Part shown: positions 29,349 through 40,212 of the stretch, one piece after another
Numbering within the stretch: the stretch's first letter is position 1
How the letters are laid out: each line of letters opens with the position of its first letter
DNA from: Thermoproteota archaeon
Lineage (GTDB): Archaea; Korarchaeota; JAOZGF01; JAOZFZ01
DNA length: 64,000 bases
Direction of reading: 5' to 3'
NCBI GenBank assembly: GCA_027492035.1
Contig: JAOZFT010000004.1
Span: forward strand, 96,001-160,000
Position numbers and translations under genes: made by a program
Notes under the pieces: model-generated
The model's input: only the letters and a program-made list of their open reading frames with translations
What the model was told of the DNA's origin: nothing
Database searches by the model: none

Positions 29349-30656
29349 CTAAACCCTCCTTTTCAATGAGCATAGGAATAGAGTAATAGAGATGAAGAGG
29401 TAGATGTAAACATTAAAATCTAATATTCCAGTTTCAATTCCTGGAACAAAGTAAGACATGAAAACAGAATAAGAAAAAATCGGAATAACTTTTCCTTCAT
29501 TTACTTTACTATGAATTAAACTTATAACTAGACCCATCAAAAGAAACTCAAGCAAAATTCCAGATAGGCCAAAATCAGCTAAGAATTGGCCGTAAATTGT
29601 GCAAGTTGAGGTGACACCTGCTTCAGCACCTATTAGGTTAGTTATTATGGACCTTGGTCCTATTCTTGGACCTGGCAAAAATTTAATAACACTTGTTATT
29701 GCTGAATATTGGACAGCACCCCTTGTGTACCCGTTAAAACCCACCCTTTTCAAAATCAGTTCTAAATTGTAGGTTGTAATTGTGGACCTGGAGAAAATAA
29801 GGGTGAGAAGCAGCAAGGGATTAGCCACCCCCCACCTTACTGAACTTACTGCAACATATACCGTTCCACCCATTAAGGCGGGAAGGAGGATATCGATAAA
29901 CCTAAGGGTGCCAGTCAGGTAGAGCACAAATATACCTCCTATTGCTTCCGCTAAAACGCCTGTCCTGAAACCTAAAAATGAAACCAAGATAAGGTTAACC
30001 AGGAAAAAGAAACCCAGTGAAACCCTAATTTTAGAGTTACTGTTTACAGAATATTTATTGCCATAAAAACACAAAATAAAAAGGGAGGAGGGAATAATTG
30101 TCCATGCTAGATAGGTAAAACGTACGTACTTGTAAAGATACCCCCTAAGCCCTGGCTGAAATAAAGGAATGCCACCTACTGCCCATAACAAGTAAAGTAA
30201 CGAAGAGAGAGAGAATAGGTAGAGGAGAATAAAGGAGCTAAGCAAAAATTTTCCAACTTCCCTCACCTTCATTTTTTGAAAAATTCTCCCTCCTATTTTA
30301 GTCCCCAGTAAAAAAGCAACTATTCCTGAAAAAATAACTGTTAACGCTTCTTTAGTGAGTTTAACACTTGATAAGGAGAAAAAGAGAAATATAAGGAAAG
30401 GGAGAAAAAGTGGGCTGAAAAGCAACCTTAAAAATTTACTATTTCTTTCTAAAATTGAAAAAGAAGAAGTTAACTTGACCCATTTTATGTCAACCCAACT
30501 AAACAGTTTAATCAAGCTGTCCAGAAAGGAGAGAATAAGGCAGCAAATAAGTGAGTGAAGCAAAAGGTTTTTAAGTGATAGAAAAAAATTAGTTGCAACC
30601 TTTAACAAAAAGCTTCTTTTGATGTCACTTTTCAATTTTTCGAGGAAGGAAGCCAC
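29349..30656 (-). CDS. Wzy-like oligosaccharide repeat-unit polymerase family membrane protein
   Basis: GGIPLF, LGFRT, GPR, TCTIYGQFLADFG, GIETGILD; multi-TM. Confidence 0.75.
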   Translation of the reverse strand: MASFLEKLKSDIKRSFLLKVATNFFLSLKNLLLHSLICCLILSFLDSLIKLFSWVDIKWVKLTSSFSILERNSKFLRLLFSPLFLPFLIFLFFSLSSVKLTKEALTVIFSGIVAFLLGTKIGGRIFQKMKVREVGKFLLSSFILLYLFSLSSLLYLLWAVGGIPLFQPGLRGYLYKYVRFTYLAWTIIPSSLFILCFYGNKYSVNSNSKIRVSLGFFFLVNLILVSFLGFRTGVLAEAIGGIFVLYLTGTLRFIDILLPALMGGTVYVAVSSVRWGVANPLLLLTLIFSRSTITTYNLELILKRVGFNGYTRGAVQYSAITSVIKFLPGPRIGPRSIITNLIGAEAGVTSTCTIYGQFLADFGLSGILLEFLLMGLVISLIHSKVNEGKVIPIFSYSVFMSYFVPGIETGILDFNVYIYLFISITLFLCSLKRRV

Positions 30657-30713
30657 TTCATTTCTCCTTTCCCTTTTATAAGAAAGCTTGAAGTTAAACT
30701 TATATTTTAAAGT

Positions 30714-31568
30714 TCAAGGTAGACTTGGAACAATTTTTATTTGATCTGTAAAAACTTTGCCCCTCACATTTTTAAGGTTTTCATGAATGACCTTATACCC
30801 ACGAACAGGGGACATTGCTTTTTCTGTACCGATGTAAATAAGCAATCTATTTGTGAGAACTTCCTTGTAACTTATATTAAGTTTGTCTAGTGAACGTTGC
30901 AGGAAATAAATTTCATTTTCCCTCCAATCTTTAAAATAAGCAGAGATTAATCCTTCACTGAAAACAAAATAAACTTCTCCTGTTAATGGAGCTTCCTCAA
31001 ACTCTGAAACAAGAGATTGATAGATGTAAGGGTTAGGTTTTAAATTAGGGACTGTCAATATAAGGACTCCTGTTATTTTGTAGGTTGAAACTCCGTATTT
31101 GCCAGCTATTTCTCTTGAAATAAAACTGAGAGTATTAACAAGCCCATCAATTGTATTGTTTTCCAAAAGATGCGTTCTAACTTTTATAACGGATTTGGAA
31201 GCTCCTTTAACTTCTAAGTTCTCAGCCGCTACGTCTTCTAAATAGGAAGCTGGACCTCCTACGGTTATAGTTTGGTTACGGTAAATTAGGTATATGGAAC
31301 CCGGGGCTGTTTTAGCTACTACACCTTCCCCATCAAAAAAGGAGCCATTACCTGTCCACTTACCCTTTACATGAAGAATTACCATGAATCCCTGGGACAT
31401 TATGTCATTTATTTCATCAACTGTAGTGTATATTGCAGTTCCTGGGTAATTATGAGGAGAAACCAAGTAGGAAACTTGGCCAAAAATAAACCATAACACA
31501 ATTAAGAGCAGAACAGAAATGATTGTTAAGTCAACCAGGTTTAGCTTTGAAAAAAAATATTTATTCAT
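30714..31568 (-). CDS. Membrane-anchored hypothetical protein
   Basis: Single N-terminal TM, then a soluble domain; co-oriented with the Wzy-like genes. Confidence 0.6.
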   Translation of the reverse strand: MNKYFFSKLNLVDLTIISVLLLIVLWFIFGQVSYLVSPHNYPGTAIYTTVDEINDIMSQGFMVILHVKGKWTGNGSFFDGEGVVAKTAPGSIYLIYRNQTITVGGPASYLEDVAAENLEVKGASKSVIKVRTHLLENNTIDGLVNTLSFISREIAGKYGVSTYKITGVLILTVPNLKPNPYIYQSLVSEFEEAPLTGEVYFVFSEGLISAYFKDWRENEIYFLQRSLDKLNISYKEVLTNRLLIYIGTEKAMSPVRGYKVIHENLKNVRGKVFTDQIKIVPSLP

Positions 31569-31600
31569 AAGAATCTGAAACTCAAAAAAATTAGGAGAGG

Positions 31601-33235
31601 CTACTCAGTTTCTTCCCCTCCCTCCTTACCTTCTTTGCCACCTGTTTTCTCTTCAACTCCTTTAGCAGCTAGAATATCATCTATTCGAAGAATCATTGTC
31701 GCTGCTTCAACTGCTGACTTGATCTCATGTTTCTTAACTCTCCAAGGCTCTATTACACCATTTTGGACCATGTCAACTACTTCACCCGAAAAGACGTCGA
31801 CGCCTGCATTTTTTACACCTTCCTTATGCTGCGAAGTCAGTTTACTCATTATTTCTATCGGGTCAAGACCTGCGTTTTCAGCAAGTGAGCGAGGTATTAT
31901 TTCCAGTGCATCTGCAAATGATTTAATAGCTAATTGCTCTTTACCACTAACAGATTCAGCGTATTTCTTAACCTCCTTTATTATTTCTGCTTCTACTGCA
32001 CCTCCACCTGGTAGGATTAAGCCATCTTCAATAGAGTCTTTGACAACAAACAAAGCATCATGTAGAGCTCTTTCTGCCTCATCAACCACATGTTCAGCTC
32101 CCCCTCTTATCAAAATAGTCATTGCCTTAGGGTTTTTGCAGCCTTCAATGAACACCATTTTGTCGTCCCCTATTTTTCTTTGTGCAACTAAGCCGGCATA
32201 ACCCACGTCTCTTTCTGTTAAATTATCTACGTTCGTTACTATTCGAGCACTGGTTGCCTTGGCTAGCCGGTCCATGTCTTTAGAACTTACTCTCCTAACC
32301 GCTAAAATTTCTGCTTTGGCAAGGAAATGCTGAGCCATATCATCTATTCCTTTCTGACAGAAAACCACGTTAGCACCTACTTTTTTGATTTTTTCAACCA
32401 TTTCTCTTAACATTTTAGTTTCTTCATCCATGAACTGCTTCATTTGAAGGGGGTCTCTTATGTCTATTTCTGCGTCAAATTCTGTCTTCTCTATTTCAAG
32501 AGGACTTTTTATAAGAGCTATTTTTGCCTCTTTAACTGTTTTAGGCATTCCTGCATGTACCACTTCTTTATCTAGCACCACCCCTTTTACGAGAAGTGAT
32601 TCTTTCAAACTTTTACCTTGTTTTTTCACTAATTTTATCTGGTCTAAGTCAACGAAATATTTTCCATCCCTTTCTTCTGCAACTGTTTGCGCGACTTTGA
32701 CCACAATATCTGCAAGGTATTCTCTTTCGGTGGCTGTGCTTTTCCCGTGCATTGCAGTCATTGCAATTTTCTTCAGGGTTTCTGTATCTTCTTTTTTAAC
32801 ATGCAGCGACATATTGCGCAAAATTTCTAATGCTTTACTAGAGGCCTTCCTGAACCCATTTATTATTACTACAGGGTGTATGTTTTTGTTCAGTAATTCT
32901 TCAGCTTTGCTTAATAGTTCTCCTGCAAGAATAACTACTGAAGTTGTTCCATCCCCAGCTTCATTATCCTGTGTTTTCGACAGTTCAACCATTATTTTTG
33001 CAGCTGGATGCTCTACATCTATTTCATCCAAGATTGTTGCGCCGTCGTTAGTAACTACTACATCCCCCAATGAATCAACGAGCATTTTATCCATTCCTTT
33101 CGGTCCTAAGGTTGTTTTTATTGCTTCGCTTATCACTTTGGCAGCTAATATATTTGCTCTTCGTGCATCTCTACCCCTAATTCTTTGAGTACCTTCTTTC
33201 AAAATGATAACAGGTGTACCTGATAGAGTAGACAA
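31601..33235 (-). CDS. ths: Thermosome (group II chaperonin) subunit
   Basis: [31 protein letters not shown]. Confidence 0.97.
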   Translation of the reverse strand: MSTLSGTPVIILKEGTQRIRGRDARRANILAAKVISEAIKTTLGPKGMDKMLVDSLGDVVVTNDGATILDEIDVEHPAAKIMVELSKTQDNEAGDGTTSVVILAGELLSKAEELLNKNIHPVVIINGFRKASSKALEILRNMSLHVKKEDTETLKKIAMTAMHGKSTATEREYLADIVVKVAQTVAEERDGKYFVDLDQIKLVKKQGKSLKESLLVKGVVLDKEVVHAGMPKTVKEAKIALIKSPLEIEKTEFDAEIDIRDPLQMKQFMDEETKMLREMVEKIKKVGANVVFCQKGIDDMAQHFLAKAEILAVRRVSSKDMDRLAKATSARIVTNVDNLTERDVGYAGLVAQRKIGDDKMVFIEGCKNPKAMTILIRGGAEHVVDEAERALHDALFVVKDSIEDGLILPGGGAVEAEIIKEVKKYAESVSGKEQLAIKSFADALEIIPRSLAENAGLDPIEIMSKLTSQHKEGVKNAGVDVFSGEVVDMVQNGVIEPWRVKKHEIKSAVEAATMILRIDDILAAKGVEEKTGGKEGKEGGEETE

Positions 33236-33588
33236 CTCTTACACCTCCTTTAAAGATTTTATATTGCTAAGGGCTTTGACCACAATAACGCTAAGGGAAA
33301 ATTGCTCCTTCAAAAAATAAAAGAAGAGACATAAAGTAAGGGGATGAGAATTTTATATTTAAATATATGTACGCTCCTTTTTATATTGTTGCCCTGTACA
33401 TTTAAAAAATTTTGTCTTAACTGCAGTGTTAAACCTAGTTAGAATTTTTAAAAAAGTAATAGTGTTTTCCCTTCTTTAGAAAACAAAGTATTGATAATCG
33501 GTTATATCTGTAATCTTTTTTCAATGAATAAAGCAGCTTTGGGGTTTATTTAGGTTAAAATTTTTGCGGGATGAGGGGTGATTCTGTT

Positions 33589-33735
33589 ATGGAGTTTATA
33601 TGTCCCTGGTGCCATGAAAAGATAAGAGTTTCACCTACTACCATCAAGCATTGCCCAAAATGTAAAATGCCAATTCAAGTAAAAACAAGGATTCAAGGGG
33701 ATAAAATACTTTTCATTATTAAGAAAAAGATATGA
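33589..33735 (+). CDS. Small Zn-ribbon protein (48 aa, not in ORF track)
   Basis: MEFICPWCHEKIRVSPTTIKHCPKCKMPIQV...; GGGGTGA SD upstream. Confidence 0.7.
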   Translation: MEFICPWCHEKIRVSPTTIKHCPKCKMPIQVKTRIQGDKILFIIKKKI

Positions 33736-33838
33736 ATTTAAATACTTCCCAGATTTTCCTATACAAATTGCCTTTGTTCCTTTTGTTTCTTTGATAAATA
33801 AACCTTGAGGGGATTTCTTAAGAGAGAGATGTTAAGGA

Positions 33839-33988
33839 ATGTGCTGTGACAAATGCCCTAATTTTTTAGTTTGCGAAAAAAGCAGCAGTAGTTATCAGTC
33901 GTGCTGTAACATATGTCCCTATTTTGATCCTACACGGAATCCACCCTGCAAGTTAGCTAAAGAAGTAAACTCTATTCTTAAGCTCTAA
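33839..33988 (+). CDS. Cys-rich microprotein (49 aa, not in ORF track)
   Basis: MCCDKCPNFLVCEKSSSSYQSCCNICPYFDPTRNPPCKLAKEVNSILKL; duplicated CCxxCPxF motif. Confidence 0.6.
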   Translation: MCCDKCPNFLVCEKSSSSYQSCCNICPYFDPTRNPPCKLAKEVNSILKL

Positions 33989-34131
33989 CTTTTTAGAGGG
34001 AAAAATTTAAGTAATTCATTGTGTCCTTCCCTTCTTTACATTCATTACCATGTAAAGTTTTATATATAGGCTGCTATTCAGAAGTGAAGTGAGAAGCTTT
34101 CTCTTTTATTATATAGAGAGGAGAAGAAGGG

Positions 34132-34698
34132 ATGAGTTTAACTGAAGTAAGATTTCATGGGAGAGGAGGTCAAGGTGCTTGGACAGCAAGTCAGTTACTT
34201 GCTTTAGCTGCCCTGAAGGAAGGAAAATATGTTCAAAGTTTTCCAGAGTTCGGTCCTGAAAGAATGGGTGCACCTATTACAGCCTTTACGAGAATTTCAG
34301 ATGAGAAAATGACTATTCATTGTAACGTTTACAATCCAGATGCAGTGTTGGTGCTAGATTCCACATTGATGTCCACAGTGAATGTGTTGAAAGGAGTAAA
34401 GAGAGGAGGCGTCTTAATTATTAACACAAAGGATGACCCTGAGAAAGTCAAAGCTGAACTTAAAAATGTTGAAGGTGTAATGATTGCTACCGTACCGGCT
34501 TCTGAATTAGCTCTCAACATATTAGGAAGAGATATAACCAATACTGCAATTCTTGGTTCTCTGATAAAAGTTAAACCTGTAACCTCCCTTTCTTCAGTGA
34601 TTGAAGTAACAAAACAAAGATTCCCCGGAGAGTTAGGAGAAAATAACGTTGAAGTTATTAAAAAGGCTTACGAAAAAACCTTTATGGGTGAAAAGTAA
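34132..34698 (+). CDS. porC: Pyruvate/2-oxoacid:ferredoxin oxidoreductase gamma subunit
   Basis: EVRFHGRGGQG, FGPERMGAP. Confidence 0.93.
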   Translation: MSLTEVRFHGRGGQGAWTASQLLALAALKEGKYVQSFPEFGPERMGAPITAFTRISDEKMTIHCNVYNPDAVLVLDSTLMSTVNVLKGVKRGGVLIINTKDDPEKVKAELKNVEGVMIATVPASELALNILGRDITNTAILGSLIKVKPVTSLSSVIEVTKQRFPGELGENNVEVIKKAYEKTFMGEK

Positions 34699-34965
34699 AT
34701 GAAGAAAGGATGGAGAGAAATACCAATAGCAGGGATGCCTTGGGTGCCAGCTACAGAATATAAAACAGGTTCTTGGAGGTCCTTTAAACCTGTAATAGAT
34801 CACGGAAAATGTGTGAAGTGCTTAATTTGCTGGGTCTATTGCCCAGAGGGATCTGTAAAATGGGATGGGAATAAGGTTTCAATAGACTATGAGTATTGTA
34901 AAGGATGTGGAATATGTGCAGAAGAGTGCCCAGTTAAAGCTATTGAAATGTTAAAGGAGGAGTGA
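34699..34965 (+). CDS. porD: POR delta (ferredoxin) subunit
   Basis: KTGSWR, CVKCLICWVYCP, CKGCGICAEECP. Confidence 0.93.
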   Translation: MKKGWREIPIAGMPWVPATEYKTGSWRSFKPVIDHGKCVKCLICWVYCPEGSVKWDGNKVSIDYEYCKGCGICAEECPVKAIEMLKEE

Positions 34966-34969
34966 GGGA

Positions 34970-36193
34970 ATGATTTCGCAACAAGTTTTAGGTATGAATG
35001 GTGATGAAGCAGTAGCCTATGCTGTTAAACAATGTAATGTAGATGTGGTTGCAGCTTATCCAATAACGCCTCAAACAATAATTGTTGAAAAGTTTTCTGA
35101 ATACGTAGCCAACAGAGAAGTTCATACAGAGTTTGTACCTGTTGAAAGCGAGCACAGTGCATTGTCAGCTTGTGTAGGCGCCTCTGCAACGGGTGCAAGG
35201 GTTTTCACTTCAACAGCTGCAAACGGCTTAGCCTTAATGCATGAAATAGTATACATAGCTGCAAGTTTAAGGCTTCCAATTGTCATGGCCGTAGTGAATA
35301 GAGCTTTAAGCGGGCCAATAAATATCCACTGCGACCACAGCGACAGCATGGCTGAAAGAGATTCATCTTGGATACAGATTTACACAGAAGATGCACAAGA
35401 GGCTTATGATTCAGTAATCCAAGCATTTAAAATAGCTGAAAACCATGAAGTGCTTCTTCCAGTTATGGTTACCTTGGACGGCTTCTTTATAAGCCACACT
35501 CTTCAAAACGTGTCAGTTCTTCCTGATAAAGAGGTCTTAAGTTTCATAGGCGAGAGAAGGGTAGTACCTGAGATTGATGTCGGAGGAAAGAAATTCAAAC
35601 TAAAACTTGACCCAGTGCAACCTCTAACCTTCGGCCCCCTTGACCTATATGACTATTACTTTGAACATAAAAGACAGCAGGTTGAAGCTATGAAGAAAGC
35701 ACCTAAAGTAATCGAAAAGGTGAGTAGGGAATATGCATCCTTAAGTGGCAGAAGTTATGGAAACGGGTTAGTTGAGCCTTATAAATTAGAAGATGCAGAG
35801 GTAGCAGTAGTTTGTTTAGGTTCAACAAGTGGCACAGCCAAATATGTAGTTGATGATTTAAGAAAGAGGGGGTTAAATGTAGGATGTTTGAGGGTAAGAA
35901 CCTTCAGACCTTTCCCAGCTGCAGATATAAAAAGGAATTTAACAGGCAAAGAAGTTGTAGGGGTGCTTGACAGGAGCATATCTTTTGGCGGGTTGGGAGG
36001 ACCTGTATTCACTGAAATAGAAGCTTTATTCTCTGACGAAACAGAAAAACCGAAAATTATAAACTATGTTTATGGTTTAGGGGGCCGTGACATGTCGCCA
36101 CAACTGATAGAAAAAGTTTTTATGGAGCTGAATGAGTTGAAGGGTAAACCCTTACCTAAGGATACTTTAAGGTTTTCTGGGTTGAGGGAATGA
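34970..36193 (+). CDS. porA: POR alpha subunit
   Basis: AAYPITPQT, VESEHSA, NRALSGPINIHCDHSD, GLGGRD. Confidence 0.95.
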   Translation: MISQQVLGMNGDEAVAYAVKQCNVDVVAAYPITPQTIIVEKFSEYVANREVHTEFVPVESEHSALSACVGASATGARVFTSTAANGLALMHEIVYIAASLRLPIVMAVVNRALSGPINIHCDHSDSMAERDSSWIQIYTEDAQEAYDSVIQAFKIAENHEVLLPVMVTLDGFFISHTLQNVSVLPDKEVLSFIGERRVVPEIDVGGKKFKLKLDPVQPLTFGPLDLYDYYFEHKRQQVEAMKKAPKVIEKVSREYASLSGRSYGNGLVEPYKLEDAEVAVVCLGSTSGTAKYVVDDLRKRGLNVGCLRVRTFRPFPAADIKRNLTGKEVVGVLDRSISFGGLGGPVFTEIEALFSDETEKPKIINYVYGLGGRDMSPQLIEKVFMELNELKGKPLPKDTLRFSGLRE

Positions 36194-36196
36194 AAA

Positions 36197-37144
36197 ATGA
36201 ACCTAAAAAAAGTTGCACTTAGAGAAAGCTGGATTTCACCTGGGCATAGATTATGTGCAGGTTGTATGGCACCAGTTATAATTAGGCAGGCACTTTATGC
36301 ACTTGACAAAAAACCTATCGTTACTAACGCAACAGGTTGTTTAGAAGTTGCAACCACTATTTTCCCTTACACAGCTTGGAGAGTACCTTGGATCCATAAT
36401 GCATTTGAAAATGCAGCTGCAACAGCAAGTGGAATAGAAGCAGCCCTTACAGCTTTCAAAAGGAAAGGAGAGTTAAAAGAGGATATACCTGTGATAGCCA
36501 TAGGCGGCGACGGTGGAACTTACGATATAGGGCTTCAAGCATTGAGCGGTGCAATAGAGAGAGGCCATGATTTTCTTTATTTACTATATGACAACGAAGC
36601 CTACATGAACACAGGCATTCAAAGGTCAGGAGGAACCCCCTTTACTGCTTGGACCACTACAACTCCAGTAGGCACTAAAATAAAGGGGAAAGTTCAATGG
36701 AAGAAACCAATAGCAAAAATAGTGGCTGCACATAGACAAATAAAGTATGTAGCTACTGCTTCACCTGCTTATTGGCTTGATTTAATGCAAAAAGTTAAGA
36801 AGGGAGTAGATGTGAAAGGCCCTGCTTTCATCCATGCAATTTCCACATGTCCACGTGGATGGAGGACGGACACAAAGTATAGTGTCAAAATTGCCAGATT
36901 AGCAGTACAAACCTGCTACTTCCCATTGTGGGAATACGAAAATGGGAAATATAAACTATCCACACCAAGTAAAGCAATAGCTTCTAACCCAGAAAAGAAA
37001 CTTAAAGTTGAAGAATTTTTGAAAATGCAGGGGCGGTTTAGACACTTGTTCAAGCCAAGAAAGGACGTTGAAACCCTGAACTATATTCAGGAGGAGATAG
37101 ATAAAGAATGGGAGAAACTGCTTAGGTTAACAGGTGAAGCATAG
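36197..37144 (+). CDS. porB: POR beta subunit (TPP-binding)
   Basis: GHRLCAGC, GGDGGTYDIG, DNEAYMNTGIQRS, CPRGW. Confidence 0.95.
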   Translation: MNLKKVALRESWISPGHRLCAGCMAPVIIRQALYALDKKPIVTNATGCLEVATTIFPYTAWRVPWIHNAFENAAATASGIEAALTAFKRKGELKEDIPVIAIGGDGGTYDIGLQALSGAIERGHDFLYLLYDNEAYMNTGIQRSGGTPFTAWTTTTPVGTKIKGKVQWKKPIAKIVAAHRQIKYVATASPAYWLDLMQKVKKGVDVKGPAFIHAISTCPRGWRTDTKYSVKIARLAVQTCYFPLWEYENGKYKLSTPSKAIASNPEKKLKVEEFLKMQGRFRHLFKPRKDVETLNYIQEEIDKEWEKLLRLTGEA

Positions 37145-37193
37145 TCAGTAAAGGAGGGAAGAAAAAAATGAAAAAGCAGCACAAGGTGAACCG

Positions 37194-38264
37194 ATGCAAA
37201 ACAACCAAAGACAAGTAAACGAAGAAGTTTTTCTTTCCACTTCCAGATCCCTCCCTTTCCTTTTATTAGGGTTTGTTATTTTAGGAATTTACGTTTACTT
37301 CTTTGTGGATTTTAAGAAATTAATTGAAGTGATTACTCGAATCAGTAAAGTTTATCTCTTATTAGCTTTTTTAGCTGGAACACTCGGTCTTATTTGCTAC
37401 GCTACAGCGTGGCACTATTTAACTAAGGCAGTTGGCCTCAAAATAAATTGGAAATTCACCTACCCTTTAACTCTATCAAGTGTTTTTTTTAACGTAATGA
37501 TTCCTTCAGCTGCATTAAGCGGCGAGGTTTATAGAACTTATGTGATTTCAAAAAGCCCTTTACCCTTAGAGGAGGGAATTGCTTCAATTGCTCTACATCG
37601 TGTAATCGCCATCTTACCTTTTATAGCTGGTTTAACAATCGGAACATTTGTAAGTTGGTTTTTCTCCCCTGTTTCAACCCAAATGTTTTTACTCTTAATC
37701 TTCTTAACAATTTTTTCAGCTGCAGTCTTCACCTTGTTTCTTTTATTCATGTTTAAGGCAGAAAAAGCATTAAAAATAATAAAATTTGTTGAAAAAATAG
37801 TAAAAGTAAAAAGAGTCAGAGACAAACTTGAAAAAATAGAGGAAGACTTCCTTGAAAAAATTGAAAAATTCAAAAACAGCCTAAAGAAAGCTGGAAAGGA
37901 AAAGAGAGAATTACTTCTTTCCATAACATATGCCTTCCTTTACTGGTTCCTAGACATAAATGTAATCACTATTCTTTTCTATGGCTTCAATGTAAACGTT
38001 CCATTCTTTGCTGTACTTTTCGTTTACACAGTAACCATACTCCTTCAGAGTGCACCCTTAATGGTTCCTGGAATGATTGGTTTTGCAGACCTTATAAGAA
38101 CAGAATTTTTCAACCTTTTAGGGATACCTGGGGTGACAAGAGAAGTAGCTCTTTCAGTAAGTTTGCTTACAGACGCTATAGTTGTTTTTTACTACTCTTT
38201 AATAGGTTTTTTCGCTTTACTTATTCTTAATTTTCAAGCAAAAAACATAAACCTGGAAAGCTAA
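37194..38264 (+). CDS. UPF0104/LPG-synthase TM (flippase-like) membrane protein
   Basis: FFN..IPS....GE.YR, PG..G; multi-TM. Confidence 0.8.
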   Translation: MQNNQRQVNEEVFLSTSRSLPFLLLGFVILGIYVYFFVDFKKLIEVITRISKVYLLLAFLAGTLGLICYATAWHYLTKAVGLKINWKFTYPLTLSSVFFNVMIPSAALSGEVYRTYVISKSPLPLEEGIASIALHRVIAILPFIAGLTIGTFVSWFFSPVSTQMFLLLIFLTIFSAAVFTLFLLFMFKAEKALKIIKFVEKIVKVKRVRDKLEKIEEDFLEKIEKFKNSLKKAGKEKRELLLSITYAFLYWFLDINVITILFYGFNVNVPFFAVLFVYTVTILLQSAPLMVPGMIGFADLIRTEFFNLLGIPGVTREVALSVSLLTDAIVVFYYSLIGFFALLILNFQAKNINLES

Positions 38265-38301
38265 CTTAAAGGAGCCTAAGAAATTTAAGAGGAAATGAAA
38301 A

Positions 38302-38880
38302 TTGTTTAGAAAAGTTTTTATTACAGGTACTCCGCGAACAGGAAAAACCACTTTAGTTTCCGAAATTATAAAGTGGGCAAATGAAAAAGGGGTAACCGTC
38401 GGAGGAATAATAACACCAGAAATAAAAAAAGGAAATACTCGAATCGGTTTTAAAGTTATTGATGTACTAACTAAAAAAGAAGGAATATTCGCCTATACCA
38501 GAATAAAGAAAGGGCTGAAGTTCGGCAAATATAAAGTTGACATTGAGACCTTTGAGGAAATAAGTCTACCAGCAATTCAAGAATCACTTAAAAAAGCTGA
38601 AATTATTGTTATAGATGAGATAGGCAAAATGGAGCTGTTAAGCGAAAAATTCCACAATATGTTAAGTAAGTTATTGACTGAACGAATGAACATAGCAGGA
38701 GAGAGAATATTAATAGCTACTGTTCATAGAACCCTTAAAAATGAATTTAGTGGGTTAGGAGACATGATCTGGTTAACTAAAGAAAACAGAAAAACAGTGT
38801 ACCTTAAAATCTTAGATATTTTAAAGAAAATAACCAAGAAAAAAGGTGGAGACCCTTTACAAAGCTTAAACAGTAAGTGA
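38302..38880 (+). CDS. Nucleoside triphosphatase (THEP1/NTPase_1)
   Basis: ITGTPRTGKTT, R.GF, GKY.V, IDEIGKME. Confidence 0.9.
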   Translation: MFRKVFITGTPRTGKTTLVSEIIKWANEKGVTVGGIITPEIKKGNTRIGFKVIDVLTKKEGIFAYTRIKKGLKFGKYKVDIETFEEISLPAIQESLKKAEIIVIDEIGKMELLSEKFHNMLSKLLTERMNIAGERILIATVHRTLKNEFSGLGDMIWLTKENRKTVYLKILDILKKITKKKGGDPLQSLNSK

Positions 38881-38886
38881 GGGGGA

Positions 38887-39489
38887 ATGAACGGGAAACA
38901 ATTGAAATTAGAATTTTTCGAAAGGATATCCTCGGAATTAACTGGAATGGAAAAAGAACGTGAAAAAATTTTGCAGAAAATAAGACAGTGGCTAATTGAA
39001 ACACGGAAAGTTTTCAATTTAATAAATGAAGAAAAAACTGAAGAAGCTAATTTAATTTTGCACAAAATATATGAGGAAGTTCGAAAATTTAAAGAAGAAG
39101 TTAAGAATTTTTCAGAATATAAAATTTATTTTCATCCATTGTACAGGGAACTTGCCGAAGCCTTCTGTTTTTTGGGGATAATTAAGTCTGGAGAAGTTAT
39201 CAATCCTTATTTACTTGATTTTCCCATAATTTCTTTCTTACATGGTTTAACTGAGTCTATAGGTGAATTAAAAAGATTTACATTAAATCAAGTCATAAAA
39301 GGGGAAATTAACAAGGCTAAAAAAACCTTTAATTACATGGAGTCTATTTTTAATGCAATTTCTTTATTAACTGAGTTTCCAGATTCGTTAACCCTGAACC
39401 TAAGAAGGAAAATAGATGTAGCCAGGAGAAACGTTGAAGAAACTAGAAACATTATTGCGTATACAACTCTGCACCAAATGAGGGAATAA
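38887..39489 (+). CDS. Translin family protein
   Basis: EREKIL, ELAEA, GL.E.IGELKR, LRRKIDVAR. Confidence 0.8.
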   Translation: MNGKQLKLEFFERISSELTGMEKEREKILQKIRQWLIETRKVFNLINEEKTEEANLILHKIYEEVRKFKEEVKNFSEYKIYFHPLYRELAEAFCFLGIIKSGEVINPYLLDFPIISFLHGLTESIGELKRFTLNQVIKGEINKAKKTFNYMESIFNAISLLTEFPDSLTLNLRRKIDVARRNVEETRNIIAYTTLHQMRE

Positions 39490-39490
39490 A

Positions 39491-40198
39491 ATGAGAAATG
39501 AACAGTTGAATTCTCTTTCAAAAATTCTCCTCTTCTACCTTTCAAAAATAAAAGGGGAATCATTTACATCCTTAAAACTTGAACCCTTCTTTGCCTTAAC
39601 GAAAAAAAAGAAGGAAGAAATTAGAACCACCCTTAACTTACTAAAAATATTGGGGTATATAGTTGAGAATTCAGAAGAAGGCCCGCAGCTTAGGGTGTCA
39701 TTAACAGAAAAAGGCTTCAGGTTAGCTTCAACATTAGATAAAAGGGATATCCTACACTTTATTCAACCCTACATTAAAGAGAGAATAGAAATAAAAGGTA
39801 AAGTTTTCACAGGGAAAGGGGAAGGAAGATACTACATGAGATTGCCACAATATGTTCAGCAATTCAGAGAAAAATTAGGATTCACTCCTTACCCAGGCAC
39901 GCTAAACATAAAGATTTCATCGATTAATTTCTTACATTCAGTGATCCTAGATATTTTACCAGGTATTGTGATTGAAGGATTTGAAGTAGATGGAAAAGTT
40001 TATGGCTCCGTTAAATGCTTCCCAGCAGAAATGGATAAAGAGGTGCTTGGTGCAGTGATAAAGATTGAGAGAACAGATTATTCCTCAGAAGTAATAGAGA
40101 TAATATCTCCTCACTATTTAAGGAAGAAATTAAACCTTGTTGACGGTTCAGTTTTGGAAGTAAGGGTTAAAACCAAACCGAGAAGCCGTAATATTTAA
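39491..40198 (+). CDS. ribK: CTP-dependent riboflavin kinase with N-terminal wHTH
   Basis: GKGEGRYYM, LGFTPYPGTLNI, EIISP.YLR. Confidence 0.92.
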   Translation: MRNEQLNSLSKILLFYLSKIKGESFTSLKLEPFFALTKKKKEEIRTTLNLLKILGYIVENSEEGPQLRVSLTEKGFRLASTLDKRDILHFIQPYIKERIEIKGKVFTGKGEGRYYMRLPQYVQQFREKLGFTPYPGTLNIKISSINFLHSVILDILPGIVIEGFEVDGKVYGSVKCFPAEMDKEVLGAVIKIERTDYSSEVIEIISPHYLRKKLNLVDGSVLEVRVKTKPRSRNI

Positions 40199-40212
40199 AT
40201 TTACATACAATT

